Shown here in pieces: positions 26,390 through 35,612 of a stretch of DNA of 64,000 nucleotides. How positions within the stretch are numbered: position 1 is the first letter of the stretch; each line of letters opens with the position of its first letter. The notes beneath the pieces were generated by a model. It was not told the origin of the DNA. It worked only from the letters and a program-made list of their open reading frames with translations, and did no database searches. The position numbers were made by a program, and so were the translations under genes. The DNA is from Planctomycetaceae bacterium (GTDB lineage Bacteria; Planctomycetota; Planctomycetia; Planctomycetales; Planctomycetaceae): NCBI GenBank assembly GCA_033762515.1, contig JANRLN010000412.1:3719-67718 (forward strand), given 5' to 3'.

Positions 26390-27618
26390 CGCAGACGCTC
26401 TGGCGAGCCCTCGTGGCAGTCTTGGTTGTGGACGCAAGCTCCTGCTGCCTCCCGCTGACGGCGGCGGACGTCTTCTGCGACGTGACGCTCTCCCGCGGGG
26501 CTGTGCACTCCGGGAGAATCATCGAGTGGAACGCCGAATCCCTTAAGATTCTGGGCCAAGAGCTTCACACGCTGCCCATGCACGAGATTGCCGTCGTCGA
26601 ATTTCCGGCTCAACCGCCCAGCTTCACCGCGGGGACTTATGTCGTTCAGAGTCACGGCGATCGATATGCGATTTCGTCTCTCCGCTGTGCTGATGAGGAA
26701 TTCGGGGCGACCTGGGCCGCTGCGGCGCTCCGGCCGCGATTGTCGTTCCCCTTGGAAACGGTCGCGGGCATCCTGTTCGATCTTCCCCCGGCGAAGGAGG
26801 TGATTTACGCCCAGCTTGCCAGACTCTCGCGAACTCCGCATGGACGGGACACGGCACGCCTGTTGACTGGAGACGACCTGCCGGGCGAACTCATCGGCAT
26901 CGAAGGCGGGTTGGTGGAGTTCGACGCACCGCTGGGCAAGTCCAAGCTTGATCAGCGACGGTTGCAGTCGCTCGCACTCGACCCGGAACTCGCCGCCGCG
27001 GCTGCACTTCCGGCATCGCGTTGGGTGGTCGTATTTCGCGATGGGTCGCGCGGCACCGTGAAGAGACTGGTCAGTCGCGATGATTTTTCTTTGCATTTGA
27101 CGCCGTTGACGGGCGACCCCTACTTCGTTCCCTGGCATGCCGTTTCGCGATTGTTCCAATTCACCCCGAGGTGGCGACCGTTGTCCGCTCGCGCGCCGGC
27201 GGAGGTTGTCCACACCCCCTATCTCTCCGGAACGGCGACGATGGAGCGCGATGTGAACATCGCCCGTCGGCCTTTGAGCCTTCGTGGACGCGAGTATGTC
27301 ACCGGTCTGGGGATGACCAGTCGAATGGCGGCCACTTACGGCATTGAGCGAGAGGACGAGGCCTTTCGGGCCGTCGTCGGGATTGATGACCATTCGGCGG
27401 GCCTTGGTTCGGCGACTTTTCACTGCGATGTCGATGGTGAGAACGTCTGGAGCAGTCCTGAAATTGACGGTGCACAGGGGCCGCTGGCGACGCCGTTGAT
27501 TCCCCTGCGTGGACATCGACGTATGACGCTCCGCGTGGAATTCGGGAAGTCGGGCGACATCGGCGACTTCGCAGATTGGTGTGACGCCGTGATCCTGCAA
27601 ACTCCGCCAGGGGATTAG
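26386..27618 (+). CDS. secreted protein with C-terminal NPCBM-like carbohydrate-binding module
   Basis: ATG 26386 overlaps the upstream stop (ATGA). N-terminal signal: MTQTLWRALVAVLVVDASSC. C-terminal region: LSLRGREYVTGLGMTSRMAATYGI...FRAVVGIDDHSAGLGSATFHCDVDGENVW...MTLRVEFGKSGDIGDFADWCDAVIL, which matches the NPCBM pattern by eye. Confidence 0.7.
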   Translation: MTQTLWRALVAVLVVDASSCCLPLTAADVFCDVTLSRGAVHSGRIIEWNAESLKILGQELHTLPMHEIAVVEFPAQPPSFTAGTYVVQSHGDRYAISSLRCADEEFGATWAAAALRPRLSFPLETVAGILFDLPPAKEVIYAQLARLSRTPHGRDTARLLTGDDLPGELIGIEGGLVEFDAPLGKSKLDQRRLQSLALDPELAAAAALPASRWVVVFRDGSRGTVKRLVSRDDFSLHLTPLTGDPYFVPWHAVSRLFQFTPRWRPLSARAPAEVVHTPYLSGTATMERDVNIARRPLSLRGREYVTGLGMTSRMAATYGIEREDEAFRAVVGIDDHSAGLGSATFHCDVDGENVWSSPEIDGAQGPLATPLIPLRGHRRMTLRVEFGKSGDIGDFADWCDAVILQTPPGD

Positions 27619-27879
27619 ATCGCTGCCGATTCTCACCGATTTTCCGTGATCCCCACCCGATCACACCATTCGATTGGGGTGGTTTGGGGTGATTGCGCTG
27701 TTCTGGGGAAAATTCCTCGACGCATTGCCGCCGCCTTCAGCGGAATTCCTCAAGAATTCTCCCGAGAACGTTGATGGCTCGCGCGGACGGCTGCCGACTT
27801 CAAAGACAGGTGTTTGTGCAGAACCGTCGTGGATCTTCGCGCGTACCGTGCGAAGTTGCCCCGATATTGGAATTCCGAC

Positions 27880-28659
27880 ATGACCCCTGGGGCTGTTTGC
27901 TCGTCGATGCACCGTTTTGACGCCTGGATTCCTGCCGAGCAGGAAGAGTGCTGGTCGCGAATGCTCTACATCGTCGAGCAGCAGCGCCGCCTCGCGCTGA
28001 TCAGCGGTGATGGGGAAGTGGGCAAGTCGTGGCTGTTGAACGTCTTGATCAACCTGGCGCAGCGTACGGCCGGACGTGTGCTGCGTCTTGTCGATGCCAG
28101 CGGGCTCTCGCAGGACGAGTTCTCTCAACAGTTGGCAGCAGCGTGCGGCGAACCCGGAGATTCGTGGTCTGCGATCGAAGACTGGCTGTGGGGCGCCGCC
28201 GCCGGGGGCATTCACGCAGTATGGATCATCGATCACTTCGATCAGGCAGGTGACGATCTCGGTCCCGCCGTCCGTCGACTGGTCCGGCTGACGGAGCGGA
28301 CGCGTGCCGCTTCAACGATGATCATTGCTGGACGCCGCTGGAGCGAATTGTCGACGCTGTCCGACCTCGCCGATCTCTCTTGCGAAGTTCCGGCGTGGAG
28401 CCTGGAAACCACGATGACCTTCCTCGAGCGCAGCGTGCAACCGGACACTCACGGCCGACCGGCCTTGACGCCAGCAGCGATGCAGGGGGTTTACGATTGC
28501 ACGCTCGGTGTCGCCGGCCGGGTCCGTCGCCTGTGCGAACTCTGTCTCATCGCCGCCGAATTGCGCGAGGAGACGTTGATCCAGGTGGACCTTGTGCTGG
28601 ATGTTTGGAGGGAGTTGCTCAACCCGCAGATCCCGGAGCGTCGCCATCTGCAGTGCTAG
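27880..28659 (+). CDS. ExeA/GspA-like AAA ATPase
   Basis: Walker A GDGEVGKSWLL and Walker B-like VWIIDHFD. Size and layout resemble AAA_22/ExeA proteins. The start is ambiguous (ATG 27880 or the next in-frame ATG a few codons on). Confidence 0.65.
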   Translation: MTPGAVCSSMHRFDAWIPAEQEECWSRMLYIVEQQRRLALISGDGEVGKSWLLNVLINLAQRTAGRVLRLVDASGLSQDEFSQQLAAACGEPGDSWSAIEDWLWGAAAGGIHAVWIIDHFDQAGDDLGPAVRRLVRLTERTRAASTMIIAGRRWSELSTLSDLADLSCEVPAWSLETTMTFLERSVQPDTHGRPALTPAAMQGVYDCTLGVAGRVRRLCELCLIAAELREETLIQVDLVLDVWRELLNPQIPERRHLQC

Positions 28660-28945
28660 CTCGGGGCCGGCCGGGCGAGCGATGCGCTCCCCCCGATCGC
28701 GGTCGTTGAGTTTCACAATTTGGGGAATCGCCGCAGGATGACTTCCGCGTGGGCCGTCCGCGGCGTCTGACGGAGCTGAGACCCACATCCCGCCCGAGGT
28801 CGCATTCGCTCGATATCGTAAGGTCGCCTTTCCTCGGCGGCTACAATGTCCGCAGGCCGTCAAACGCGATATCGTTTGCGCTCCGGCGGTCGCCAGTCGC
28901 CGGTGCTCACCCCATCAGATGGAATTCTGCGAGACAAAATCGCGC

Positions 28946-30220
28946 ATGTGGTCGTTTGCCTGCCGAAATCTGTGGAGTCGCCCGGTTCGCTCGCTGTTGG
29001 CGCTCTTGGGACTCACCGTAGCCATCATGGGAATGGTGGGCCTCTTTTCGGTCGCTGCGGGTTTGCAGGCCACGGTCGACAAGACTTTCAATCGCATCCC
29101 CGGAGTCGTGGCGATGCAACCGGGGACCCCGATTCCCCTGTTCTCCAGGATCCCCGCGGAATGGGCCGATGAGATCGCTCGAATGCCCGGCGTGAGGACG
29201 GTCTGCCGCGAAGTCTGGTCGCGAGCCAACCTGGTTGAAGGAAAAACCACGTTCAATCCCCCGCGATTCCTGTTCGGGGCCGACATTGAGACCATCGCGC
29301 GGCTCGAATTCGCGGTCTACCGCGACGACATGGTCGCCGGAAGATTTCTCAACTCCAGCGACGTCGGGCTGCCGGTATGCGTCACCAGCAGGCCGGTGGC
29401 GCGGGAATACAACAAGCAGGTTGGAGACAGCTTGCGGGTGGATGGTTTTGACCTGCAGATCGTGGGCCTCTACGAGACCAACTCCCTGCTGCTCGATGTG
29501 GCGATCATCACCTCGGGACCGATGGCCCGCAAGATGACGCAACTGGATGACAGCGTGGTGTCCTCAATTTATGTGGAACTTGACGGCGAGGTTCCCCAGC
29601 AGACGCTGGCGGACTCCATTCGCAGGCAGTTTCGCGGTCGTGGGAAGGGTGCGGCGGACGCCCTTTCCGCCGGCAATCCGCTGACCAATCTGGCGATGTC
29701 GCTTGCGTTGGGAGCCCCGCCTGCACCGCCGCCCACGACTGAAGACGACGTCGACCACGCCATCGATGATGGCTTAGAGGTGCGTTCGGCCCAGGAGTGG
29801 GGGCAGCGAATTCAGGAGTTCAGCGCCGACCTTGACATCTTCCTCATCCTGATGAACTCCATCGGCGTGATGATCGCCTTGTTGAGCATCCTGAATACGA
29901 TGCTGATGAGCGTCTCCGAACGGATGACGGAATTTGGCGTCTTACGAGCCAACGGCTGGTCGGCTCGGGACGTGATGCGGCTGATTCTGGCCGAGAGCGC
30001 CGTCCTGGGAATCCTCGGCGGCATATGCGGTTGCTCGCTGGGTTACCTCGGAACGCTGGTGATGAACGCACAGTTTCCCACCAAGCTGAATCTCTACGCC
30101 AGTCCCGGAGTGCTTCTCCTCAGTCTATTCTTCAGCACCGTCCTCGGGATGATCGGCGGTCTCTACCCCGCGTGGTGGTCCGTCCGTCGCTCACCGATGG
30201 ATGCTATCCGACGAGGATGA
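28946..30220 (+). CDS. ABC-transporter permease, FtsX/MacB-LolCE family
   Basis: TM1 is MWSFACRNLWSRPVRSLLALLGLTVAIMGMVGLFS, followed by a large extracytoplasmic MacB-PCD-like loop. The C-terminal FtsX module is IGVMIALLSILNTMLMSVSERMTEFGVLRANGWS plus two more helices. No ABC ATPase gene is adjacent. Confidence 0.8.
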   Translation: MWSFACRNLWSRPVRSLLALLGLTVAIMGMVGLFSVAAGLQATVDKTFNRIPGVVAMQPGTPIPLFSRIPAEWADEIARMPGVRTVCREVWSRANLVEGKTTFNPPRFLFGADIETIARLEFAVYRDDMVAGRFLNSSDVGLPVCVTSRPVAREYNKQVGDSLRVDGFDLQIVGLYETNSLLLDVAIITSGPMARKMTQLDDSVVSSIYVELDGEVPQQTLADSIRRQFRGRGKGAADALSAGNPLTNLAMSLALGAPPAPPPTTEDDVDHAIDDGLEVRSAQEWGQRIQEFSADLDIFLILMNSIGVMIALLSILNTMLMSVSERMTEFGVLRANGWSARDVMRLILAESAVLGILGGICGCSLGYLGTLVMNAQFPTKLNLYASPGVLLLSLFFSTVLGMIGGLYPAWWSVRRSPMDAIRRG

Positions 30221-30384
30221 GCGTCCGCGCAGTCCACGCAAGGCGCCGACGAGTCTGCGACGCCGTCGTTCGGTTGAGCATTGGATCTGCCGGAGGATCG
30301 CAGCCGGTAGGCAGGGGGCGCGCGAGTCGGGGGGCGGCGACGATGACCCCGATGCGAAGAGCGGGACAAATTACCCGCGCGTGT

Positions 30385-30771
30385 TTAGACCGACCCGGTT
30401 TTCGGCAGCAGGTTGATGATTCGGCCGGTGAGTTCTGAGGCGTCGAGGGTTGTTTTCAACAGAAAGTCGTTCGCGCCGGATTGGATGGCCTGCAGCACCG
30501 TATTCCGATGATTGTCGGAAGTCAGAACGATCACTGGAGTGTTTTCCAGCCGGAGTTGGCTGCGGAAGCGTCGCAGAGTATCGATGCCGTTCCATCCGTC
30601 CATGTGCAGATCCAGAATGACCGCGTCGGGGGGCGAGGAGATCGCCCGTGAGTAGCCTTCGCACCCATCCTTGGCGTCGACGACGAAGAAGGTGCGCCTC
30701 AGTTGATGAATCAGCAACTTCCGAAAATCCGCGTCGTCGTCGATGATGAGCAGTCGAGGTCGTTGAGTCAT
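30385..30771 (-). CDS. single-domain response regulator (CheY-like receiver)
   Basis: Motifs: RLLIIDDDADFRKLL, AVILDLHMDGWNG (phospho-acceptor Asp), PVIVLTS, FLLKT (conserved Lys). There is no output domain. Confidence 0.9.
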   Translation of the reverse strand: MTQRPRLLIIDDDADFRKLLIHQLRRTFFVVDAKDGCEGYSRAISSPPDAVILDLHMDGWNGIDTLRRFRSQLRLENTPVIVLTSDNHRNTVLQAIQSGANDFLLKTTLDASELTGRIINLLPKTGSV

Positions 30772-31091
30772 GAGCGCACTTTGCCTGAGCAGAACTTGGA
30801 GTCAGTGTGCGGCTGTCACAAACATGACGGCCGAACTCTCCAGCGGAGCAACATCAGTGGAACTACCGGGAATCTAGTTCTGGAATCCGGGTTCACGGAT
30901 GCGAATGCCGGGTGCGGGAAACGAGGGTAGGAAAACCGTCCGTCGCGGGGTGGACTTGATCGGGAAATCGCGATTCTGCCGATTGTGACCGACGTATTCC
31001 TTCTGCCGGGTTGATCGACGAATCCGCCTCGCGGATCTGCCTGCGACCTTGTCTGCGGCATGGGAACCACAGCGCACCGCTTGGGAAATTG

Positions 31092-32927
31092 TCAGTTCGG
31101 CAGCTGTGTGGAGACGGCAGTTGCCTCTTGAATTGGAATCTTTCGCCCGAGCAGCACGAGGTCGTGGCGACGCAGAAACCGGCGTTGTTGAGCCAGGACC
31201 GCGATGTCCCCCGGCAGGAAGGCGCGCAGTTCCTCGAGCCGGTCTTCGCGCGTCAGCAGCAGTCCCTCGGGGTGATCGCCGAAAAATCGTGGAATCTCTT
31301 GTGAACTCCGCAATCGTGCAACCGGCGCCTCTGAGTAAAAGACCAGTGTCGGCGCGAAATAGTCGAACGTCGCCAATTCATGGCGCCGATCGGCGGAAGC
31401 ATGCGCGGCCAGGCGTCCAAAGTAAGGCCCGTCCTGATATTTGGAGACATACGCCGGGGCGATGCCCACGATGGTCGTCGCGAGGAGGATTGCGGCGCCG
31501 GCGAAGAACTGCACGGCCAAACGCCGTCGATCGGTCGCCAATGCACGTTGTGAGAGGAAGCCCCCAACGAGGGGGATCACGCCAATGATGACCAGCCAGG
31601 TTTCGTTTGGCAGCAGGATTGACGTCGTGATCGGAATGACCACGAGCAGCAACGCGCCGACCACCATCACCGCGGTGCAGCAATGACGAAAGACCACCAC
31701 AAAGGCATGAGCCGCTTCCCGCTGCCAGTCGTATAGAAAGCAGGCCACGATGAGGGCCGCGGCAGGGTACGCCGGCAGAATGTAATTCGGCAGCTTTGTG
31801 CTGGCCCCCGAGAAGAAGGCGATCCAGAATCCGGCCCAACAAGCCACAAAAATCAGGCCTGGGGACCAGGGACTCCGTTCCCGCAACTTCTCTTTCAGAT
31901 GCCAGACCGCGACGGGAAGGAAGACCGACCACGGAAAGCAGCCCAGGAAGATCACGATCACGTAGTAGAAAAACGGACCACTATGGTTCTCTTTGGCTTC
32001 CAGGAACCGACCGACGTTGTGATCCCCCAGGAATCCCGCCAGCCACGCCCCGTTCGTGGCGCGGCCGACCAGGTAGTACCAGGGTAAGGCGACGGCGCAG
32101 ACGACCAATGCTCCCGCAGGCACGCGCATCGCCAACATCCCGGCGCCGATCCGTGCCGGATAGAAGACCTGTCCCAGCGTCTTCACCCACCAACGGAGCA
32201 GGTTCGATTTCTCAACCATCGCTGAGGTTTGCTGTTGTTCCGCCCGATCCAATTGCTGGCGAATGAGCAGATTCAGTCCGATGATTGCGCAGGGCAAAAG
32301 CACGCCGATCGGACCCTTTGCCAGGACGGCCAGGCCCATGGCGAGGTACATCGGGATCGCCGTCGTTGTCGACAACGCGGCGTATTCCTGCCAGGTGCGG
32401 CGGCGAAGCGTCAGGTATTCCGGTTCACCGTAGGTTCCCCCGAAGCGCGTTGTGACGGACCAGACGTAGGCCGTGAAGGCGAGCGTGGTGCAGAAGATGA
32501 GGGTTGAATCGGGAGTGACCGCTCGGCCGACCGCAGAGAACATCAGGCACGTACATAAAATAATCGCCGCCAGGAGTCCCACTTGCGGATGGAACAACCG
32601 CCGACCCAGGTGATAGGTGAGGAGCGACGTCCCCACCGCCAGGAGCGATGAGCCGAAGCGGGCGGCGAACTCGCTGACGCCAAACACCGTGTACGAACAG
32701 AGCATGATCCAGTAGATGAGGATCGGCTTGTCGGTCCGCAGGTCGGCGTTGAAGGTGGGGACGATCCAGTCCCCGCGCAAGAACATTTCGCGGCCGCAGA
32801 CGGCGTTTTTCGGCTCGTCCTCGTCGAACAATGTCGCTGCGCCGAGGTTGGTGAAGAACACCAACCCGGCAATCGCGGCGATGAGCAATTGATGTCGAAC
32901 CAGTTGGCTCATGAACGGCCGATCCAT
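31092..32927 (-). CDS. ArnT-like glycosyltransferase family 39 (PMT_2) membrane protein
   Basis: Motifs: LFDEDEPKNAVCGREMFLRGDWIVPTFN...DKPILIYWIM. There are more than 12 hydrophobic helices and a soluble C-terminal domain. Confidence 0.85.
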   Translation of the reverse strand: MDRPFMSQLVRHQLLIAAIAGLVFFTNLGAATLFDEDEPKNAVCGREMFLRGDWIVPTFNADLRTDKPILIYWIMLCSYTVFGVSEFAARFGSSLLAVGTSLLTYHLGRRLFHPQVGLLAAIILCTCLMFSAVGRAVTPDSTLIFCTTLAFTAYVWSVTTRFGGTYGEPEYLTLRRRTWQEYAALSTTTAIPMYLAMGLAVLAKGPIGVLLPCAIIGLNLLIRQQLDRAEQQQTSAMVEKSNLLRWWVKTLGQVFYPARIGAGMLAMRVPAGALVVCAVALPWYYLVGRATNGAWLAGFLGDHNVGRFLEAKENHSGPFFYYVIVIFLGCFPWSVFLPVAVWHLKEKLRERSPWSPGLIFVACWAGFWIAFFSGASTKLPNYILPAYPAAALIVACFLYDWQREAAHAFVVVFRHCCTAVMVVGALLLVVIPITTSILLPNETWLVIIGVIPLVGGFLSQRALATDRRRLAVQFFAGAAILLATTIVGIAPAYVSKYQDGPYFGRLAAHASADRRHELATFDYFAPTLVFYSEAPVARLRSSQEIPRFFGDHPEGLLLTREDRLEELRAFLPGDIAVLAQQRRFLRRHDLVLLGRKIPIQEATAVSTQLPN

Positions 32928-32964
32928 GGCCGGAATCCTGCAACAGTAATTCGTCAGAGACGTA

Positions 32965-33030
32965 GGATGGGCACTCCTGCCCGTCCGCCATTCGAGCGAT
33001 TCCTGTCAGGACGGGCAGGAGCGCCCATCC
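32965..33030 (-). promoter_or_regulatory. 66-nt hairpin (22-bp stem, 22-nt loop) in the ArnT/PAP2 divergent intergenic region
   Basis: GGATGGGCACTCCTGCCCGTCC ... GGACGGGCAGGAGCGCCCATCC. There is a single mismatch, which is A/C on the + strand and a G-U wobble on the - strand. The hairpin ends 38 nt upstream of the ArnT-like start codon. Confidence 0.5.
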
Positions 33031-33206
33031 TCCCTGGGAATCGTCGTGAGCCGTTGTATGCGTTCCGCGTGATTCTGCCAACGGAATTTTTGCGGAACGT
33101 GTGTTGTGAGGGGAAGTTAAGGCGAAATTGATCTTCACCGGTGGCGGCGAGGTCCCTAAACTTCCACCGCGTCCGTGAACCGACTGGCCTGGGGGTGGTT
33201 TCTTTC

Positions 33207-33899
33207 ATGTCCGCTGCATCGTTGTCGCCGTCTGCTGTGGCCGATCACATTTCCAGTCGGCAAACGGCGATTGTGCCGGTCGTGCTGGCAACCTTGTCGT
33301 TGTTACTGCTGGCGGTGGACTTACCCGTCGCCAAGTATTGCTCTCAAGACTCCTATCCCAAGATTGTGATGGAAGTTCTCAACAAGGCCGAGCCGTTTGG
33401 TCACGCGATTGGTGTGCTGCTGATCATCACGTCCATCGCAGCGATCGACCGAACCCGCCGCGGCTGGGCGCCTGGGCTCTGCGCTGCGGGAGCCCTCTTG
33501 GCAGGGCTGTCGGCGAACGTTGTCAAGCTGCTGATCGGCCGGACGCGTCCCCGCAATTTCGACCTGGCGCTCAGCGATGTGCTGCAGACCTTTCAGGGCT
33601 GGTTTCCCTGGGGAGCGGGCGGCTCGGCTGCCCAAAGTTTCCCGTCAGCGCATACGGCAACCGCCGTCGGTCTTGCGGTCACGCTCGCCGCCGTTTATCC
33701 GCAGGCGCGGTGGTGGTTTTATCTCTTGGCGACCCTGGTCGGCCTTCATCGGATTGAAAGTTCCGCCCACTTCCCGAGCGATGTCTGCGCCGGGGCAGCC
33801 ATCGGCTGGATCGTGGGGCACCTCTGCCTGACGGCGACAGCGCGGATCCAACAGTCGCGTGAAGCGAACTCGCGCCCGCGGTTGCGGGTGGTGGCGTGA
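33207..33899 (+). CDS. PAP2 family phosphatase
   Basis: All three PAP2 motifs are present: KLLIGRTRP, PSAH (FPSAHTATA) and HRIESSAHFPSD. The protein is a multi-TM protein. Start taken at ATG 33207. Confidence 0.85.
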   Translation: MSAASLSPSAVADHISSRQTAIVPVVLATLSLLLLAVDLPVAKYCSQDSYPKIVMEVLNKAEPFGHAIGVLLIITSIAAIDRTRRGWAPGLCAAGALLAGLSANVVKLLIGRTRPRNFDLALSDVLQTFQGWFPWGAGGSAAQSFPSAHTATAVGLAVTLAAVYPQARWWFYLLATLVGLHRIESSAHFPSDVCAGAAIGWIVGHLCLTATARIQQSREANSRPRLRVVA

Positions 33900-33938
33900 C
33901 TTCAAGACCGCCGGCGTAACGTGTTGACGGGGAATCGG

Positions 33939-34958
33939 TCACCCGGTGAACTCGTTCCCGACCTTTCGCGCCCGCTGGGGTTTATCGACGTTGATCCCCA
34001 GCTTCATCCCAATCTCAACGAGGATGTTCCATCCGGCGCACAACTGAACGAATCCGCTCAGGTCGCCGGCATCAGGAATCGCCAGCGTGGGAAACTGCGT
34101 GGGCCGCGATGACACCGCAATCACGGTCAGGCCGACCCCCTTTACGAGCACGTCCTGGAACTTCTGTTCCGACTCGACATAGGGATCGATCCAGATCACC
34201 ACGTCATCGGCGTTCATGATTTCTTCGATGCCGTGGACGGCATAAGTTCCTTCGAGATAGCCGCTGCGCTTGCGGGTGATTTCGTTGGTCTTGAGGGCCA
34301 GTTCTTCCGCGACGCCGTCATTGCGACCGGCGAAGTAGATCGTCCCTGCAGCGGCCAGCCTGTCGATCAACGCCGAGTCAATCGTCAACGTGAGGGCCTG
34401 CTGCACGTAATCGGCCAGCATCGACAACCGACCGGCCAGCGTAGTTTGACCGGACACCCCTTCCACCAATGCGCGACAGAAGAGGGCCTGTTCGATGACG
34501 CTCTTTGTGGCCGCGACGGCACCTTCCTTGCCGCACTTCAGAACGAAGCCCTGATTGGCAAGGCCCTCCAAAGTCGATTGGGCCAGGGCCGTCAGACTGA
34601 ACCGCCGTGGATGGCCGGATTCCTTCAGTCCATGGAACAGCCGAATCACCTCAGCAGTTCGTCCCGAATTGGACATTCCCAGGACCGCCCAGTCGCCGAG
34701 CGGATATTCTTGCGATTGCCGCCCCGCTTCGGTGTGCAAGACGAGCGGCCACCCTTGCCGCCGCGACTGCAGAATGGCCCCTTTTGCTGGGAACAACCGA
34801 CTGGAACCCTCGCCGGTGAAGATGAGTTTCCCAGCCGCTCGAATCGGTTCGACCAAGGGCTGCACGACCGCCGGATCAAAGCTGCGAATGACGCTCGGCG
34901 TCTGGAGCATGTCGGAAACGAGACCGAATTGGTTGTACGGGGCGAGATCGGCTTGCAT
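33939..34958 (-). CDS. SIS (sugar isomerase) two-domain protein, AgaS/GlmS-isomerase-like
   Basis: Start at ATG 34958 (MQADLAPYNQFG). Two SIS units are present: LIFTGEGSSRLFPA and IYFAGRNDGVAEELALKTNEI. The ORF-track start 35288 adds 110 non-protein-like residues. Confidence 0.8.
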   Translation of the reverse strand: MQADLAPYNQFGLVSDMLQTPSVIRSFDPAVVQPLVEPIRAAGKLIFTGEGSSRLFPAKGAILQSRRQGWPLVLHTEAGRQSQEYPLGDWAVLGMSNSGRTAEVIRLFHGLKESGHPRRFSLTALAQSTLEGLANQGFVLKCGKEGAVAATKSVIEQALFCRALVEGVSGQTTLAGRLSMLADYVQQALTLTIDSALIDRLAAAGTIYFAGRNDGVAEELALKTNEITRKRSGYLEGTYAVHGIEEIMNADDVVIWIDPYVESEQKFQDVLVKGVGLTVIAVSSRPTQFPTLAIPDAGDLSGFVQLCAGWNILVEIGMKLGINVDKPQRARKVGNEFTG

Positions 34959-34979
34959 CAGAGTCGATTTACCAATGTG

Positions 34980-35042
34980 CCGAGGGGGGTGTGACTTCTC
35001 GGCGTCTATGATTTCGAAAGCCGAGGGGTCACACCCCCTCGG
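34980..35042 (-). promoter_or_regulatory. 63-nt nested palindrome/hairpin immediately upstream of the SIS gene start
   Basis: CCGAGGGGGGTGTGAC-tt-CTCGGC-(16 nt)-GCCGAG-gg-GTCACACCCCCTCGG forms ~21 Watson-Crick pairs plus 2 possible G-U pairs and one bulged G. It ends 21 nt before ATG 34958. Confidence 0.45.
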
Positions 35043-35308
35043 TACCGAGTTTCGAGCAGCGGCTGGAATTGTCCACCGAAATCGCACGAAATTGAAGGCT
35101 GCGCAGAGGTTTGCGACACGAACACGAGTTGCTGTCCGCTGGAATTCCGCGGCACGGCGCGAATCCGGAGCTCTCAATTCTGTCGGATCGGGCGGCGACG
35201 CGAAAAAATCCCTCCCATTTTCGACCGGATGACCTAAGTTTTGGCAGCGGGCCCCGGTTGTCTTCTCCTTGCTGGCCTGCGCCAGCATATCCGTCTGGGG
35301 GTACTGCG

Positions 35309-35455
35309 ATGCTCGATCTGATCTATCAGTACTACTGCTATTACGTTCGGGAAGCGTCGCACTTCTGGCACAATCTCGGTCCGTACGAATACGGCGGAGT
35401 CCTGCTGTTTATCGGCTTCGTCGGCTGGTTGCTGATGCGCGGACGAAGCCGCTGA
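35309..35455 (+). CDS. possible small membrane protein (48 aa)
   Basis: MLDLIYQYYCYYVREASHFWHNLGPYEYGGVLLFIGFVGWLLMRGRSR contains one clear hydrophobic helix. There is no other support. Confidence 0.3.
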   Translation: MLDLIYQYYCYYVREASHFWHNLGPYEYGGVLLFIGFVGWLLMRGRSR

Positions 35456-35566
35456 TCTCGCTTCGCTGCATGAAGATCAGCCGTACTTCGCACGCTTCCC
35501 CTCTTGCCGAACTCTGCTTGAGTCCACGTGCGCTTCCATGGCGCTCGATATTTCACAAAACAAAAC

Positions 35567-35590
35567 TTGACTTTCATTTTATAAAAGTCA
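35567..35590. promoter_or_regulatory. perfect 8-bp inverted repeat TTGACTTT-(8)-AAAGTCAA in an AT-rich stretch
   Basis: Read directly from the sequence. It lies ~57 nt upstream of the proposed GTG start of the DUF2089-like HTH gene. The surrounding ~100 nt are conspicuously AT-rich for this genome. Confidence 0.45.
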
Positions 35591-35596
35591 AGAATG

Positions 35597-35612
35597 ATCT
35601 CAAGTTTGAGAT
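35597..35612. promoter_or_regulatory. perfect 7-bp inverted repeat ATCTCAA-gt-TTGAGAT
   Basis: Read directly from the sequence. It is adjacent to the 35567-35590 palindrome. Confidence 0.4.

Noticed and set aside
26380-27636. 418-aa minus-strand ORF
   Set aside because: It lies antisense to the NPCBM-domain gene, and its composition is that of a shadow ORF.
34959-35288. N-terminal 110 codons of the 449-aa ORF-track entry for the SIS gene
   Set aside because: The sequence is not protein-like and runs through the 63-nt palindrome. The SIS homology begins at ATG 34958.
35567-35586. TTGACT ... TATAAA read as a sigma70 -35/-10 promoter
   Set aside because: The spacing between the two hexamers is only ~7 nt instead of ~17. 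I kept it only as part of the palindrome observation.
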